DNA of 63,827 nt, counting the filler, from Octopus bimaculoides (Eukaryota): NCBI RefSeq assembly GCF_001194135.2. It is 6 parts of 6 records of this genome, joined end to end, with 100 filler letters (N's around TTAATTAATTAA, not from the genome) between each part and the next. Parts side by side here need not be neighbours in the genome. Positions count along the whole stretch, not along the records: positions 26,790 to 49,739 come from NC_069005.1; positions 49,840 to 51,689 come from NW_026377025.1; positions 51,790 to 59,559 come from NC_068991.1; 3 more parts are not named here. One strand, given 5' to 3'. The notes beneath the pieces were generated by a model. It ran no database searches. It worked only from the letters and a program-made list of their open reading frames with translations, and was not told the DNA's origin. Position numbers and translations under genes: made by a program. Positions 41,594 to 53,708 of the stretch are shown here, piece by piece; the first letter of the stretch is position 1; the number at the start of each line of letters is the position of its first letter.

Positions 41594-44500
41594 ACGCCTC
41601 ACGCCATGAGGGACTCTAAGGTCCTGACCAATGCCCTTATATAAATATAAATATATATTTCGGGAATAAATGATGGATTTTTTCCCTTATGAGGTTTTTT
41701 TCACGCTANNNNNNNNNNNNNNNNNNNNNNNNNNNNNNNNNNNNNNNNNNNNNNNNNNNNNNNNNNNNNNNNNNNNNNNNNNNNNNNNNNNNNNNNNNNN
41801 NNNNNNNNNNNNNNNNNNNNNNNNNNNNNNNNNNNNNNNNNNNNNNNNNNNNNNNNNNNNNNNNNNNNNNNNNNNNNNNNNNNNNNNNNNNNNNNNNNNN
41901 NNNNNNNNNNNNNNNNNNNNNNNNNNNNNNNNNNNNNNNNNNNNNNNNNNNNNNNNNNNNNNNNNNNNNNNNNNNNNNNNNNNNNNNNNNNNNNNNNNNN
42001 NNNNNNNATATATAGATACACACACACACACACACACATATATATATTATATATATATATATGATATATATATATATATATATATACATACATTACATAC
42101 ATATGTACGTATATAGTGAGAGGATTCTTACAGTTTCTATCTACCATATCTGCACAAAAGGTTTTGGTCGGTTCAGAGTTATAGCAGAAGACACTTGCCC
42201 CAGGTGCTGCACAGTAGAACTGAACCTGAGACCATGTGGTTGACAAGCAAACTTCTTACCACACAGCCATGCCTACACCTATAAAAATATGTAAGGGCTC
42301 GCATGAGGTGAGGAGTGTAGGTACATAAAGAGTTGTGGGAAGAGTAGACAAGTAAAGGGGTGTGCTGATTGATGGAGGTCAGAGAGGGACAAGTCTACCT
42401 GAAAGTCAAGGTCCTTTGGATCAGAATCATCAACAGATCTTGCTGCTAATGCTGCTGCCACTGTTGGTGTGGCATTGGGAGTGGTGGTGGTGGTACAGAG
42501 GTTAGTGTAACCCATGGTGGTTTTCAGCTGTTGCCAGTCCTTCAACACCTTCCGGACGTAGATCTTGGCCCCGGTGTACTCAAAGCGTTGCTGTTCTTCC
42601 TGCTGTAGTCGGGACAGGAAACAGTCCTGACATACCGCTGAAACGAGAGACAGACGAGAGATGGAGAGAGACTGAGCAAGGAAGGGAGAGAAAGAGGGAA
42701 AGAAAGCTAGAAAAACAGGGAATGAGTGAGTGAGAGTAGGAGCAATGAGGAGAGTGTGAGAAATAGTGTGAAAGAGAGAGAGAGAGAGAGAGAGAGAATG
42801 AGTGAATGAGAGAGAAGTGAGAAAAGATAGTGCAACAGTAAGAGAGAGAGAGGAGGAAGAATCAAGTCTCTAAGCTATAGGCACCAACAACCCTGTGATA
42901 CCAGAATGAACTCACTGAGCTAAAGAGAGAGAGAGAGAGAGAATAAAAGAGACAGGCACAGGGGTGGCTGTGTGGTAAGTAGCTTGCTTACCAACCACAT
43001 GGTTCTGGGTTCATTCCCACTGCGTGGCACCTTGGGCAAGTGTCTTCTACTATAGCTTCGGGCCGACCAAAGCCTTGTGAGTGGATTTGGTAGACGGAAA
43101 CTGAAAGAAGCCTGTCGTATATATGTATATATGTGTATATGTTTGTCCCCCCAACATCGCTTGACAACCGATGCTGGTGTGTTTAAGTCCCCCATAACTT
43201 AGCGGTTCGGCAAAAGAGACCGATAGAATAAGTACTAGGCTTCCAAAGAATAAGTCCTGGGGTCGATTTGCTCGACTAAAGGCGGTGCCCCAGCATGGCC
43301 GCAGTCAAATGACTGAAACAAGTAAATGAGTAAAGAGTAGAGAGAGAGAAAGAGACATAGATATACAGATAATAGAGAAAGACAATAAATACATAAATAA
43401 GAGAGAGAGACAGAGATGCATAAATAAGAGAGTCAGAGACATAGATACATAAATCAGAGAAAGAAAGAGGGAGGGTGAGAGAGAGAGAGAGGCATAAATC
43501 AGAGAGGGGGGAAAAAGACTTACCAGGTTTACAGACAAAGACTGGCTGTCCATCATCAGGCTGAGCTGATTGCTTATGGACAGTAATCTCTATATCAACT
43601 GTACAGCTGGCCTCAATGAATGTCCACTCCTCTGGCCACAGGTAGGTGATACTGAACAATGACAACACAAACACACATATTAAACAATTATTTCATACAG
43701 GCAGAGAGAAAGAGACACACAGGAGCATGCTTGCATCATCAAACTAAACACACATAGGAAATGGGTACAGACCACTGACTGGCAAGGGCTACAGCATTGA
43801 GATCTGGTTCATACAACATCCCGCCGTGGACGCAAATCAGAGCTGAGTTTCTAACTGTGATCACTGGACTGCGTCGTATAGGATCTCTGAAATGGAAGAG
43901 AGACAGGGATGAAGAAATTACTGGAGACAAAGTAATCTAACACAACTCAAACAAACTTGCAGTTAATATAGATTTGAAGGAAGGTGGTGAGCTGGCAGAA
44001 ACGTTAGCACGCTGGGCAAAATGCAGAGCAGTATTTCGTCTGTCTTCACGTACGGAGTTCAAATTCTGCTGAGGTCGACTTTGCCTGTCATCCTTTCAGG
44101 ATCGATAAAATGAGTACCAGTTGAATACCCCCAGTGCATAACTGGTACTTAATTTATCGACCCTGAAAGGACGAAAGGTAAAGTTGACTTCGGTGAAATT
44201 TGAACTCAGAACATAACGGCAGATGAAATACCGCTAAGCATTTCATCCGGTGTGCTAACGTTTCTGCCAGCTCGCCGCCTTCACCACCACCCTAATAGTA
44301 ACAGTACTTACTTCACAGCCCGGCGCCATTCCTCGACAAAGTTTACACCAACTACATGGACGTGGCTTTTAATGTTTCGCACATTCGGTCGGTTTCGGTC
44401 ATGGTAAAGATCAGGAAGGGCGGCCTTCTGTTGCAGAGCCCATTCTTTCTTTTGGTCTATATTCTGTTGTTCCACTTGACTTTGGAGCTGAAATACATCA

Positions 44501-45161
44501 TCATCATCAACTATAATATCAACATCATGATTATCATTACAAGAAATAATAAAATTTCCCTTAAAGCATATCTTAAAAAAAAAAACCATAAACTTCGCCG
44601 TTTCAAAGCCTAGCCAGGCTCATGAGCCCGGTTTCCCGGTTTCTATGGCGTATGTGCTCAGGACAGGATTAGGTTTAGGTTTAGGTTTAGGTTTAACACC
44701 ACCACCTCCACCTAGTCATGGAGATCTTTTTTTAGCAGAATCTGTATTGTTAAAGTAACCAGGCTAAGTTTCTGGTTTGAGGATAACTTCCTCCTTTCCT
44801 CATACCAATCTTGGAGACCTTGAAAAATTAAAGAGTGATGGGCACAGCTTTTGCTTCCTAACTAAGCAGTAAAAAGAAAAACCCCAAAATCCCAAGAATT
44901 AAAACATGGGCTATGAGTGTGATAGCCAGTCAGGAATCCTAACTACAAGACATAGATGCTATGTTAACTGCTCCTTGAAGAAAATGCAAACTTAAGCTCT
45001 TACCACACATTTGGCACATACAGCAACATCTCGCTGGAATTCAGGACACTTTGGAAAATAGGAACGGAGAATTTCCCAGACATCTCGTGGAACCAGACGG
45101 CGACAGTTAACTTCGGGATTAAGAGCTCCTGGAATTCAGTTAATAAGATAATACAGACACA

Positions 45162-45193
<32 letters not shown>

Positions 45194-48100
45194 TTTTTTA
45201 TTTAGAGGTTGGTTGAGCAAAGTACATACAAAGGTTACAAAAAAAAATAAAAGACACAGGATTTTGACAATTTAGAATAGCATTAACAACAACAATTATG
45301 GTTACTTACTGTGTGGGGTACAGAGAAGGTCATTGTTGAAACCTGTTTCTTCGGACCATTTATTTGAATTGTCAGACGGACAGTCACCACCTAAAAGAGA
45401 AAAAGAGAGAGATAGAGAAAAAGTGACAATGTAAGGCAGTGAGGAAGATAAAGATAGCATAGGACAATTGGGGAGAGAGAGAGAGAGAGAGAGAGTGAGG
45501 CGAGAGAGAGAGAAGAGAGACAGAGAATAGAGGGAGAGAACAGAAAAGGGAGAGAAAGAGAGAGGAGAGGGATAATATATAATCATGTAAGACACTGTGC
45601 CTCATATTGAAAGGGTGTGTGACCCATGAGAAAAATTGTAAGAGGAAAGGGCCTCATTTCAAGGACATGGTGTCATTTGTTATAAGAGGCTTAGTGCCTC
45701 GTTGTAAGGACTTTGAGTCCAATAAGAAATTGTGGTAAGAGGTTTATTGCCTCAAATATGTAAATTTATGAAAGAACAATGTATTAGAGAAGCAGAGATT
45801 GGCAAGCGTCTCCTGCCTTCTCCCATTAATATCATCATGTTCCTCATTCATCTCATCTCATTTAATGTCTTTGTCCAGCCAGCAACTACGCAATCTGTGT
45901 ACGGCTTTCATAGCCAATATAATGAAATAATGTAAGACACTGAGGACGATAGAGACAGTAAAGGACAATTGGAGGGAGGGAGAGAGAGAGAGAGAGAGAG
46001 AGAAACAGACAGACAGAGATGCCGTAATCCAATCTGGCTCTGATATGATTAACCACTCTGTTACCATATTTCTGGTCAAAAACTGTCTTTTGCTTCAGTT
46101 AAAATAATGAAAAATTTAGTAAAATAAGTGTCGTCGTTAAGATGGTGTTTAAAGGCAGCGAGCTGGCAGAATCGTTAGCATGCCAGGCAAAATGCTTAGT
46201 TTTTACGTTCTCAGTTCAAATTCCGCTGAGGATGAGTTTGCTTTTCACATCATTTCTAGGTTGATAGAATAAGTACCAGTTAAGTACTGGGGGTCGATGT
46301 AATTGACTTACCCCCCCCCACGAACTTGCTAGCCTTGAATCAAAATTTGAAACCATTATTTTGATTATTATTATTATTATAGGTGCAGGAGTGACTGTGT
46401 GGGGAGGATTGGCCTGCAAGAGTTCTGTGCTGGTGCCATGTAAGAGCACCCGTGCAGTGCTATGTTAAAAGCACACAGCACACTCTGTGAAGTGGTTTGC
46501 ATTAAGGAAGGGCNNNNNNNNNNNNNNNNNNNNNNNNNNNNNNNNNNNNNNNNNNNNNNNNNNNNNNNNNNNNNNNNNNNNNNNNNNNNNNNNNNNNNNN
46601 NNNNNNNNNNNNNNNNNNNNNNNNNNNNNNNNNNNNNNNNNNNNNNNNNNNNNNNNNNNNNNNNNNNNNNNNNNNNNNNNNNNNNNNNNNNNNNNNNNNN
46701 NNNNNNNNNNNNNNNNNNNNNNNNNNNNNNNNNNNNNNNNNNNNNNNNNNNNNNNNNNNNNNNNNNNNNNNNNNNNNNNNNNNNNNNNNNNNNNNNNNNN
46801 NNNNNNNNNNNNNNNNNNNNNNNNNNNNNNNNNNNNNNNNNNNNNNNNNNNNNNNNNNNNNNNNNNNNNNNNNNNNNNNNNNNNNNNNNNNNNNNNNNNN
46901 NNNNNNNNNNNNNNNNNNNNNNNNNNNNNNNNNNNNNNNNNNNNNNNNNNNNNNNNNNNNNNNNNNNNNNNNNNNNNNNNNNNNNNNNNNNNNNNNNNNN
47001 NNNNNNNNNNNNNNNNNNNNNNNNNNNNNNNNNNNNNNNNNNNNNNNNNNNNNNNNNNNNNNNNNNNNNNNNNNNNNNNNNNNNNNNNNNNNNNNNNNNN
47101 NNNNNNNNNNNNNNNNNNNNNNNNNNNNNNNNNNNNNNNNNNNNNNNNNNNNNNNNNNNNNNNNNNNNNNNNNNNNNNNNNNNNNNNNNNNNNNNNNNNN
47201 NNNNNNNNNNNNNNNNNNNNNNNNNNNNNNNNNNNNNNNNNNNNNNNNNNNNNNNNNNNNNNNNNNNNNNNNNNNNNNNNNNNNNNNNNNNNNNNNNNGA
47301 GAGAGTGAGAAAGAGAGAGAGAGAGAGAGTGTGGAGGAGGAATTTATGCAGAGTGGAGAATGAGAATGGGTTGGTGGGGGGAGTGTATAGTGAAACCGGG
47401 AAGATAGTGAGAATATAGGAAGTGTGTGTGTATATAAATGTGTATGTGTGTGTGTGTATATTTCAAATTTACAGTAAACAAAAAACAAAGAGAGGTAAAG
47501 GAACAATAAGTAGGTGTATTAGTAGATATACACACACACTCACAAACACACAGAGACATACAAGTACACATACATAAACACATGGCAATGCGTACACGAA
47601 CACACACACAGTGATATATATACTCATACAAGCACATATATGCACAAACACAGAGACTCAGGCACACATATACACAGACACACACAAACACAAGTACACA
47701 TACATGGAAACAACTACAGACAGGCAGGGATGCACACACACACACACGCATACATGGAGACAACTACAGACACAAACAGAGGCACACGTACAGACACTTA
47801 TACACACACACATGCATGCATGCATGCACATATAGTCATGCATTACTTACGAGTCGTGATTATATTTCATAATGTTGGTGATATATTTCATGTCTTTCTC
47901 CATCTTCTGTTTCATCCTCATCACATGACACTGTTTCTGTACACATACCATACACAGACTCTCCTCCCTGCAGTAGCAAAGTTAATTAGCCAGAACATAA
48001 TAAATCAGAAAAAAAAAAATAGACATCAGAGGGGTGTGATGTATACCCTGGGTGCAGATAATTTTTTTCCCTTTAAGTATCATTATTAAAGGTATTTATA

Positions 48101-49284
48101 CTCCGGTGAAATTAAGAAATTAACTCGTAAATAAACGAAACCCTCAAATCCATCACTGTACACACGCGGAGTCACATATCTACGTGTGTATTTATGAATG
48201 TTTGAAAATAATCAAACCAAATTTTCATCATTCTGACCCACTCACCCAATGAGTATTTCTGCTAAATTTGGTGAAAATCTGTTCAGCTGTTTTCCAGTAA
48301 TTTTGCAAACACACAGACAAAGACAAGTGATTACAATACCCTGCTTTCGCTTACATGTGCAAGGTAAAAATAAACACATTATTGTGTTAAGATACCAGAT
48401 ATTATCTACGTTATAATCGTTGCTGTTGTTGTTGTCGAGGGTCTCAAGATCAACCTTGATTATTTGGTCTTTTTGTATCTTTTTGTATATCTCGGGAGTG
48501 TCACCAGGTCAAATCACTACTTGTCTATGTTCAGAGGTCACAACTCTGGTACTATGGACATGTGATTGGAATGTTGCAGGAAAGAATTGCAACGTTATAT
48601 ATTATGCACTTTATTCATTCTTAAGGTCATCTTTATAGCAAATCCTAACATACAGTACAACTCAGTAATGACTTAATAAACCGATATTGTTAGTGGCATA
48701 TCAAAAGGATAAAGAGCCCCTTCGGTCATGAATGACCATGGAACTGCATCCAGGAAGTTCTCCTCTGAGGCAAAGTTGTTTATAAAAGACCAACAGTTGC
48801 CCATGAATACCAGCCTCCCTTCTCCATTCCATCAATGTTATTCAAGGCAAAGGCAAAGGTCGGTACAGCTTGGCACCTCTGATGTCGGAACTCAGTTCTA
48901 CAGCTGAATGAATTGGAGGAACATGAAATAAAGTGTTTTGCTCAAGAACATAACACACAACCTGGTCCGGGAATTGAACTCATTACCTCATAATTGTGAG
49001 CCCAATGCTCTAACCACTGAGCTATGTGCCTTCGCAGTAGCTGCATACTATGGTTACAAAATAGAATACTGTTGCCTTTTCCAGCAATTAAAATATGCAT
49101 GTTTTTGTATTTTGTTATGTGTACGGTTCCTTGGTCTGTGGGAAAATTGTCTTGCATGAAATTGATTTGTGATTCCAAAAAAAAAAAAGGTTAGGGTCCT
49201 CTGTTATAGAGGATAAGAAATAGAAAGTTTCACTTACCCTAGTAACCGGGGGCCACCCATGAATTTAGCAAACAAAGCAGCAGC
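37168..49284 (-). CDS. USP48: Ubiquitin carboxyl-terminal hydrolase 48, 3' half (DUSP-region exons, C-terminal UBL domain, stop); 12 exons visible, 5' half outside this contig
   Basis: Exons spliced by hand at GT-AG sites with consistent phases (one mismatch across the 46514-47298 gap). The peptide matches vertebrate USP48 as I recall it, in order: GGPRL, FNxDxLCxH, RRLV..W..L..YFPK.PEF, QKxxLPxLxxDxNRP, FVEEWR, NSAL.C.HGG, WPxEW, RRSxRHRxxRGEK, FSVxPFDQNL, EEGFKGTGLL. Confidence 0.95.
37483..38850 (+). mobile_element. Decayed Tc1-like transposon, 3'-truncated and interrupted by an RTE-tail insertion
   Basis: From 37853 reads MAPKGKELSEDLKK...RRKPLL...RLSFAK; after the insert it resumes DKAKINLFGSD..VWR..PTIKHGRGSVML.GCM. 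Confidence 0.88.
38297..38695 (+). mobile_element. RTE LINE 3' end with (GAT)n tail, inserted in the Tc1 copy
   Basis: WAEVVRQDLRTLGLTEAMTTDRDLWKWAVREKTRQAK*, then the 3' UTR shared by many copies in this window, ending in (GAT)n. Confidence 0.85.
39160..39208 (-). CDS. USP48: USP48 exon ADEPSEDPMVVEEILT
   Basis: cttag acceptor, gtaagt donor, phase 0 to 1; ADEP motif. Confidence 0.9.
39927..40052 (-). CDS. USP48: USP48 UBL-domain exon IMKLFSVPPFDQNLHFNGTCLLDETATLGQLRISPGCLIFLK
   Basis: cag acceptor, gtcagt donor, phase 0 to 0; FSVxPFDQNL and ATLG motifs. Confidence 0.95.
40628..41107 (-). CDS. USP48: USP48 exon of 160 codons: AGGKRLKV, Thr/Ser-rich insert, RRSHRHRRMRGEKEVVVSSTDTLRDLKLQ
   Basis: Long pyrimidine tract plus cag acceptor, gtaaat donor, phase 0 to 0, no stops in 480 nt; conserved motifs at both ends. 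Confidence 0.9.
42399..42637 (-). CDS. USP48: USP48 exon VCQDCFLSRLQQEEQQRFEYTGAKIYVRKV...DPKDLDFQ
   Basis: tttcag acceptor, gtagac donor, phase 1 to 0; CxxC and EYTxAxIYVxKV motifs. Confidence 0.92.
42955..43336 (+). mobile_element. SINE family A, near full length, in a USP48 intron
   Basis: Colinear and highly similar to 55683-56102. Confidence 0.85.
43524..43651 (-). CDS. USP48: USP48 exon ITYLWPEEWTFIEASCTVDIEITVHKQSAQPDDGQPVFVCKP
   Basis: ttcag acceptor, gtaagt donor, phase 2 to 1; WPxEW motif. Confidence 0.92.
43773..43886 (-). CDS. USP48: USP48 exon DPIRRSPVITVRNSALICVHGGMLYEPDLNAVALASQ(C)
   Basis: ttcag acceptor, gtctgt donor, phase 2 to 2; NSALxCxHGG motif. Confidence 0.92.
43981..44281. 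mobile_element. Two SINE family B copies tail-to-tail (inverted pair)
   Basis: AAGGYGGYGAGCTGGCAGAA... on + from 43981 and on - from 44281; other family B copies near 3475, 4575, 6245, 6470, 22205, 25260, 32690 and 46150. Confidence 0.85.
44312..44487 (-). CDS. USP48: USP48 exon LQSQVEQQNIDQKKEWALQQKAALPDLYHDRNRP...NFVEEWRRAV(K)
   Basis: ttcag acceptor, gtaagt donor, phase 0 to 2. Confidence 0.92.
45004..45128 (-). CDS. USP48: USP48 exon ALNPEVNCRRLVPRDVWEILRSYFPKCPEFQRDVAVCAKCV
   Basis: ccag acceptor, gtaaga donor, phase 1 to 0; RRLV..W..L..YFPK.PEF motif. Confidence 0.92.
45310..45390 (-). CDS. USP48: USP48 exon GDCPSDNSNKWSEETGFNNDLLCTPH
   Basis: tttttag acceptor, gtaagt donor, phase 1 to 1; resembles FNEDILCPH. 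Confidence 0.88.
47851..47967 (-). CDS. USP48: USP48 exon EESLCMVCVQKQCHVMRMKQKMEKDMKYITNIMKYNHD
   Basis: tgcag acceptor, gtaagt donor, phase 2 to 2; CxxCV..C pattern like human LCKECVVERC (recalled). Confidence 0.88.
49238..49284 (-). CDS. USP48: USP48 exon AAALFAKFMGGPRLL(G)
   Basis: cag acceptor, GG|gtaagt donor, phase 0 to 2; GGPRL motif. Confidence 0.85.
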
Positions 49285-49545
49285 CTGCATGGAGAGATAA
49301 AATCATTGTAATTTACTGACGAATGACCATTATCAGCCACCACTGCTGCCACCACCAGAGCAACAACAATCCATCACCTTAACTACAGAAGACAGGGTGG
49401 ACCAAAAATCACTCACCAAAACATTTGACATTTATTTATTACATTATGATTATTATTATTATTTATTTTGTTTGTCATGTACAAGTACATGGGTATTTAC
49501 ATTATTTACATTTGACGGATATTTGTCCTCATCTTGTTTCTTGTT

Positions 49546-49588
49546 AACACGTTTCGGCTGATATACCCTCCAGCCTTCATCAGGTGTC
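49546..49588 (-). ncRNA. Minimal hammerhead ribozyme-like motif lacking the cleavage triplet
   Basis: gacac-CTGATGA-a-ggctg(gagggtatat)cagcc-GAAAC-gtgtt; stem II perfect, stem I gacac/gtgtt, no NUH between. Confidence 0.65.
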
Positions 49589-49635
49589 TTGGGGAAATTT
49601 CGAACCTGGGTTTTCATTCCTAAGGTATTTTTTGA

Positions 49636-49691
<56 letters not shown>

Positions 49692-51246
49692 TCACTGCTT
49701 GGAATCGAACTCAGAATCTTGAGGTTAAGAGTGCGGGCGNNNNNNNNNNNNNNNNNNNNNNNNNNNNNNNNNNNNNNNNNNNNTTAATTAATTAANNNNN
49801 NNNNNNNNNNNNNNNNNNNNNNNNNNNNNNNNNNNNNNNTACATACATACATACATACATACATACATACATACATGTAGAAACTGTTGGAGAGAGAGTG
49901 AGGCTGAATCGAATCTTAAGTAATGATAAACGACTGCAGGAAAAAATTCCCCGAGTTGAATTCTGTGTCATAATTTGATCGCGAAGTGCGCTGTATGTGC
50001 TACAGTAATAGCAGAAATTCAGATTGATTTCATAGTCTGAGTGATGAGTATTATCGTGATATTAATTAATTCTTTTCCAGATACACAGGGCATTGAGCAA
50101 AAAATGTTCACCAAAAGGAATAAATTCATTTTCAATCAATATACAAAAGAAAAAAAAACAACCATATTAATGCACTCATAAAAAAGAATCGGAACATAAT
50201 CAATTACTTTCAAAATCGAAAAGTTATTTAAATCAGATTTTGGGAATTCAAATTTATTCAGATTTATCACGTGATCACAAATTATAATTCATGCATATTC
50301 GCTCCTAAATATGAAAATAAAGCTCAAAATTAACAGCCGTTACATTGATTAGAGGCAACAGGTATATCGACTTCTGTATTACCTTCATCAGAAATAAATT
50401 TTGCAGTTGCGCTAATACAATGTATGACGTCAACAATATATATTTATGTGTGTACATATGTATATATATATANNNNNNNNNNNNNNNNNNNNNNNNNNNN
50501 NNNNNNNNNNNNNNNNNNNNNNNNNNNNNNNNNNNNNNNNNNNNNNNNNNNNNNNNNNNNNNNNNNNNNNNNNNNNNNNNNNNNNNNNNNNNNNNNNNNN
50601 NNNNNNNNNNNNNNNNNNNNNNNNNNNNNNNNNNNNNNNNNNNNNNNNNNNNNNNNNNNNNNNNNNNNNNNNNNNNNNNNNNNNNNNNNNNNNNNNNNNN
50701 NNNNNNNNNNNNNNNNNNNNNNNNNNNNNNNNNNNNNNNNNNNNNNNNNNNNNNNNNNNNNNNNNNNNNNNNNNNNNNNNNNNNNNNNNNNNNNNNNNNN
50801 NNNNNNNNNNNNNNNNNNNNNNNNNNNNNNNNNNNNNNNNNNNNNNNNNNNNNNNNNNNNNNNNNNNNNNNNNNNNNNNNNNNNNNNNNNNNNNNNNNNN
50901 NNNNNNNNNNNNNNNNNNNNNNNNNNNNNNNNNNNNNNNNNNNNNNNNNNNNNNNNNNNNNNNNNNNNNNNNNNNNNNNNNNNNNNNNNNNNNNNNNNNN
51001 NNNNNNNNNNNNNNNNNNNNNNNNNNNNNNNNNNNNNNNNNNNNNNNNNNNNNNNNNNNNNNNNNNNNNNNNNNNNNNNNNNNNNNNNNNNNNNNNNNNN
51101 NNNNNNNNNNNNNNNNNNNNNNNNNNNNNNNNNNNNNNNNNNNNNNNNNNNNNNNNNNNNNNNNNNNNNNNNNNNNNNNNNNNNNNNNNNNNNNNNNNNN
51201 NNNNNNNNNNNNNNNNNNNNNNNNNNNNNNNNNNNNNNNNNNNAAA

Positions 51247-51247
51247 G

Positions 51248-51336
<89 letters not shown>
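51247..51336. repeat. (GATA)n microsatellite
   Basis: Direct reading. Confidence 0.98.
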
Positions 51337-52049
51337 GAACATCTGAACCGCCTTCTACAAACTAAAAGAAATTTAATTTATTAAGCTGCAATCATTTCAA
51401 ATTCTGGGATACATTTCCTAAGCAAGCTCTAAAATCCAACATTTTTTTACACCAATATCATTGTTTGACCATCTAGGGCAAACTGTTGGTTCACATTCCC
51501 TTTGAGTAAGTTGGATCAAATTTTATAGAAGATACTTTAGTTAAATAACAAATATGCTGTCACTTAAATAGATTTGGAAAAGGATAATACTTTAATTGAG
51601 AATGCGAGGCATCAACAGATCTATGATTCGATTGCAGCAATGGATTACTTTCGTTTCCAGCCTGCATTTCTTATAGATATATACATACANNNNNNNNNNN
51701 NNNNNNNNNNNNNNNNNNNNNNNNNNNNNNNNNTTAATTAATTAANNNNNNNNNNNNNNNNNNNNNNNNNNNNNNNNNNNNNNNNNNNNTATATATACAA
51801 ATAAATGTTACAATCCTTATTAAGGGATAGCAAAATCCTATGAAAGTACTGGTTAGTTATCTATACAAAGAATGTTGAACATTACAGTTAATAATCAACT
51901 GCAAGGTAACTATATAAACCGTGGTTTATATATATGTATTTATTATAAGACAAAAAAAAAGACACAGATAATTAATAAATTATCATTTATTAATTGAAAA
52001 ATTGACAAACATCCCTTACAGGGCCTGGGTTTTCGAGGATTTTCCTTGA

Positions 52050-52420
52050 GCTCAAGTGTGGCATTTCATCGTCTCTTAGTTGCGACAACGTGCAACCATA
52101 GAAATGCATTGGATGTACTGGGAATTCTTTCAAGCAACGCATTTCCAACTATAAATCCTACTTCAGGCTCCCAGAAAGGAGATACGTAACATCACTGGCC
52201 AGTCATGTCTAGAAACTAAGAGACAATGGAATTCCACACTTGATCACATGGAAAATCCTCAAAATCCCAGGCTTCTACATTAATGGGATGAAACGTGGCA
52301 AGTTATGCATAGCTGAATGTGCGAGAATCCTAGCCAGGGAGCATCCTTAGCTCCAGAACAGAGATTTTCAGTCCATGTTTGCATTTTAGGAAATTCTTGC
52401 TGGCGTTTTGGAATCCGCAA
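52050..52420 (+). mobile_element. Penelope-like element GIY-YIG endonuclease remnant
   Basis: CIGCTGNSFKQRISNYKSYF...TSLASHV*KLRDNGIPHLITWKILK...KLCIAE...RTEIFSPCLHFRKFLL, the characteristic PLE C-terminal layout, with stops and a frameshift. Confidence 0.8.
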
Positions 52421-53708
52421 GATGGCAGCACAGCCAGAAGTCAATAGCCAATGGCCAAGGGAGATAATACCCTTGTTTACATTCATAATGAGGACTTTCC
52501 CCTCCATATTTTGAAGAGATCTTAGGCCAACAGGTTTTGGGGTCTGACGATACACCATAAAGTTAAACCCTTTATGCTCAGGAAACCCAGGTTAATCCCA
52601 TAAACCAGCCTTACCCAGTGAAATACATCTTAGAATGTGCTTCTTCTCCAGATTTATGTTTTCTACAAAACAATATATATATAGATATTTGATCAATGAG
52701 AGAGACGAATGATAGAAGATATGAGAATATTTATTGATCACTAGAATTGTTTCAACCCATCTAGCATACATGGGGGGGTGCATGTGTGTGTGTACACCCA
52801 TTAACCACTGTCATCTATGCAAACTCACTTCAGTCAAGTTGTTCATAGAGTAAGTGAATCTGGCGGCAAAACCAGCATGTGTGTTGCAGTTTTTTGCCCT
52901 TGCTTGAACACGGCAATCATACATGACCACAGTGCCTGACATGCTATGTTTCTTTAGTCACCTCTAGAAACATCAACTAATTAAGTATGCACAAACCTAT
53001 TACATTTAAATTGTTACAAAAACAAAGCCGAACTATTTGTGTATCTACGATAGTTGTATATAATAACATTAATAATTTTCTACTAAATTTCAATTGTATA
53101 TGGTTACAATATATATTTTTCCCTCCATTTATTGACAGTGAATATGAATATTATGACATCATTTAAACTTTGTTCATGCTTTGCACATATAATTGCATTC
53201 TGTTATTAGTATGTAAATTTTGTACTATTTTGTTGTTCCAGTCATCGTTTGGAACTTTCTAGCAAGACCTAGAATTTGAACCCCTTTCTCTATATTATAA
53301 GTCTAGGTCATGAGTGAACCATGTGTTTCACATGTATATTCTACTTATCAACCAATCAATTTTCAGGAGATCACACCTCAAAGTTAGAATATCATTTCAA
53401 ATGTCCTTGAGATTCACACCCTTTTCTCTAGTCATAAGCAGTTTAGTGCTAAAAATCTTCACAGAGGTTCAAGACCACCACAGAGAACACACATTTCACA
53501 CCAAAAATTAAGAGTAGAACTTTAGCACATTTCAGCAAACTAACATCTTGTTTCTCGCTCTAAGATAACCAATAACTGAGTAAACACAGTTAAAAACATA
53601 TTACTTCACTCTTTCCCAAAGCAAACCAGAAATACAAGTAGATTTGGGTAAACTCAGGTTTTGATTTTCATTGAAGACCAACTTGCTCCAGTCTCCAGAA
53701 CAAATTTT

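Noticed and set aside
46462-51342. Long ORFs of 270-345 aa (also 15756-16718, 27389-28290, 41670-42246)
   Set aside because: Made of X residues from N-gaps plus microsatellite translations.
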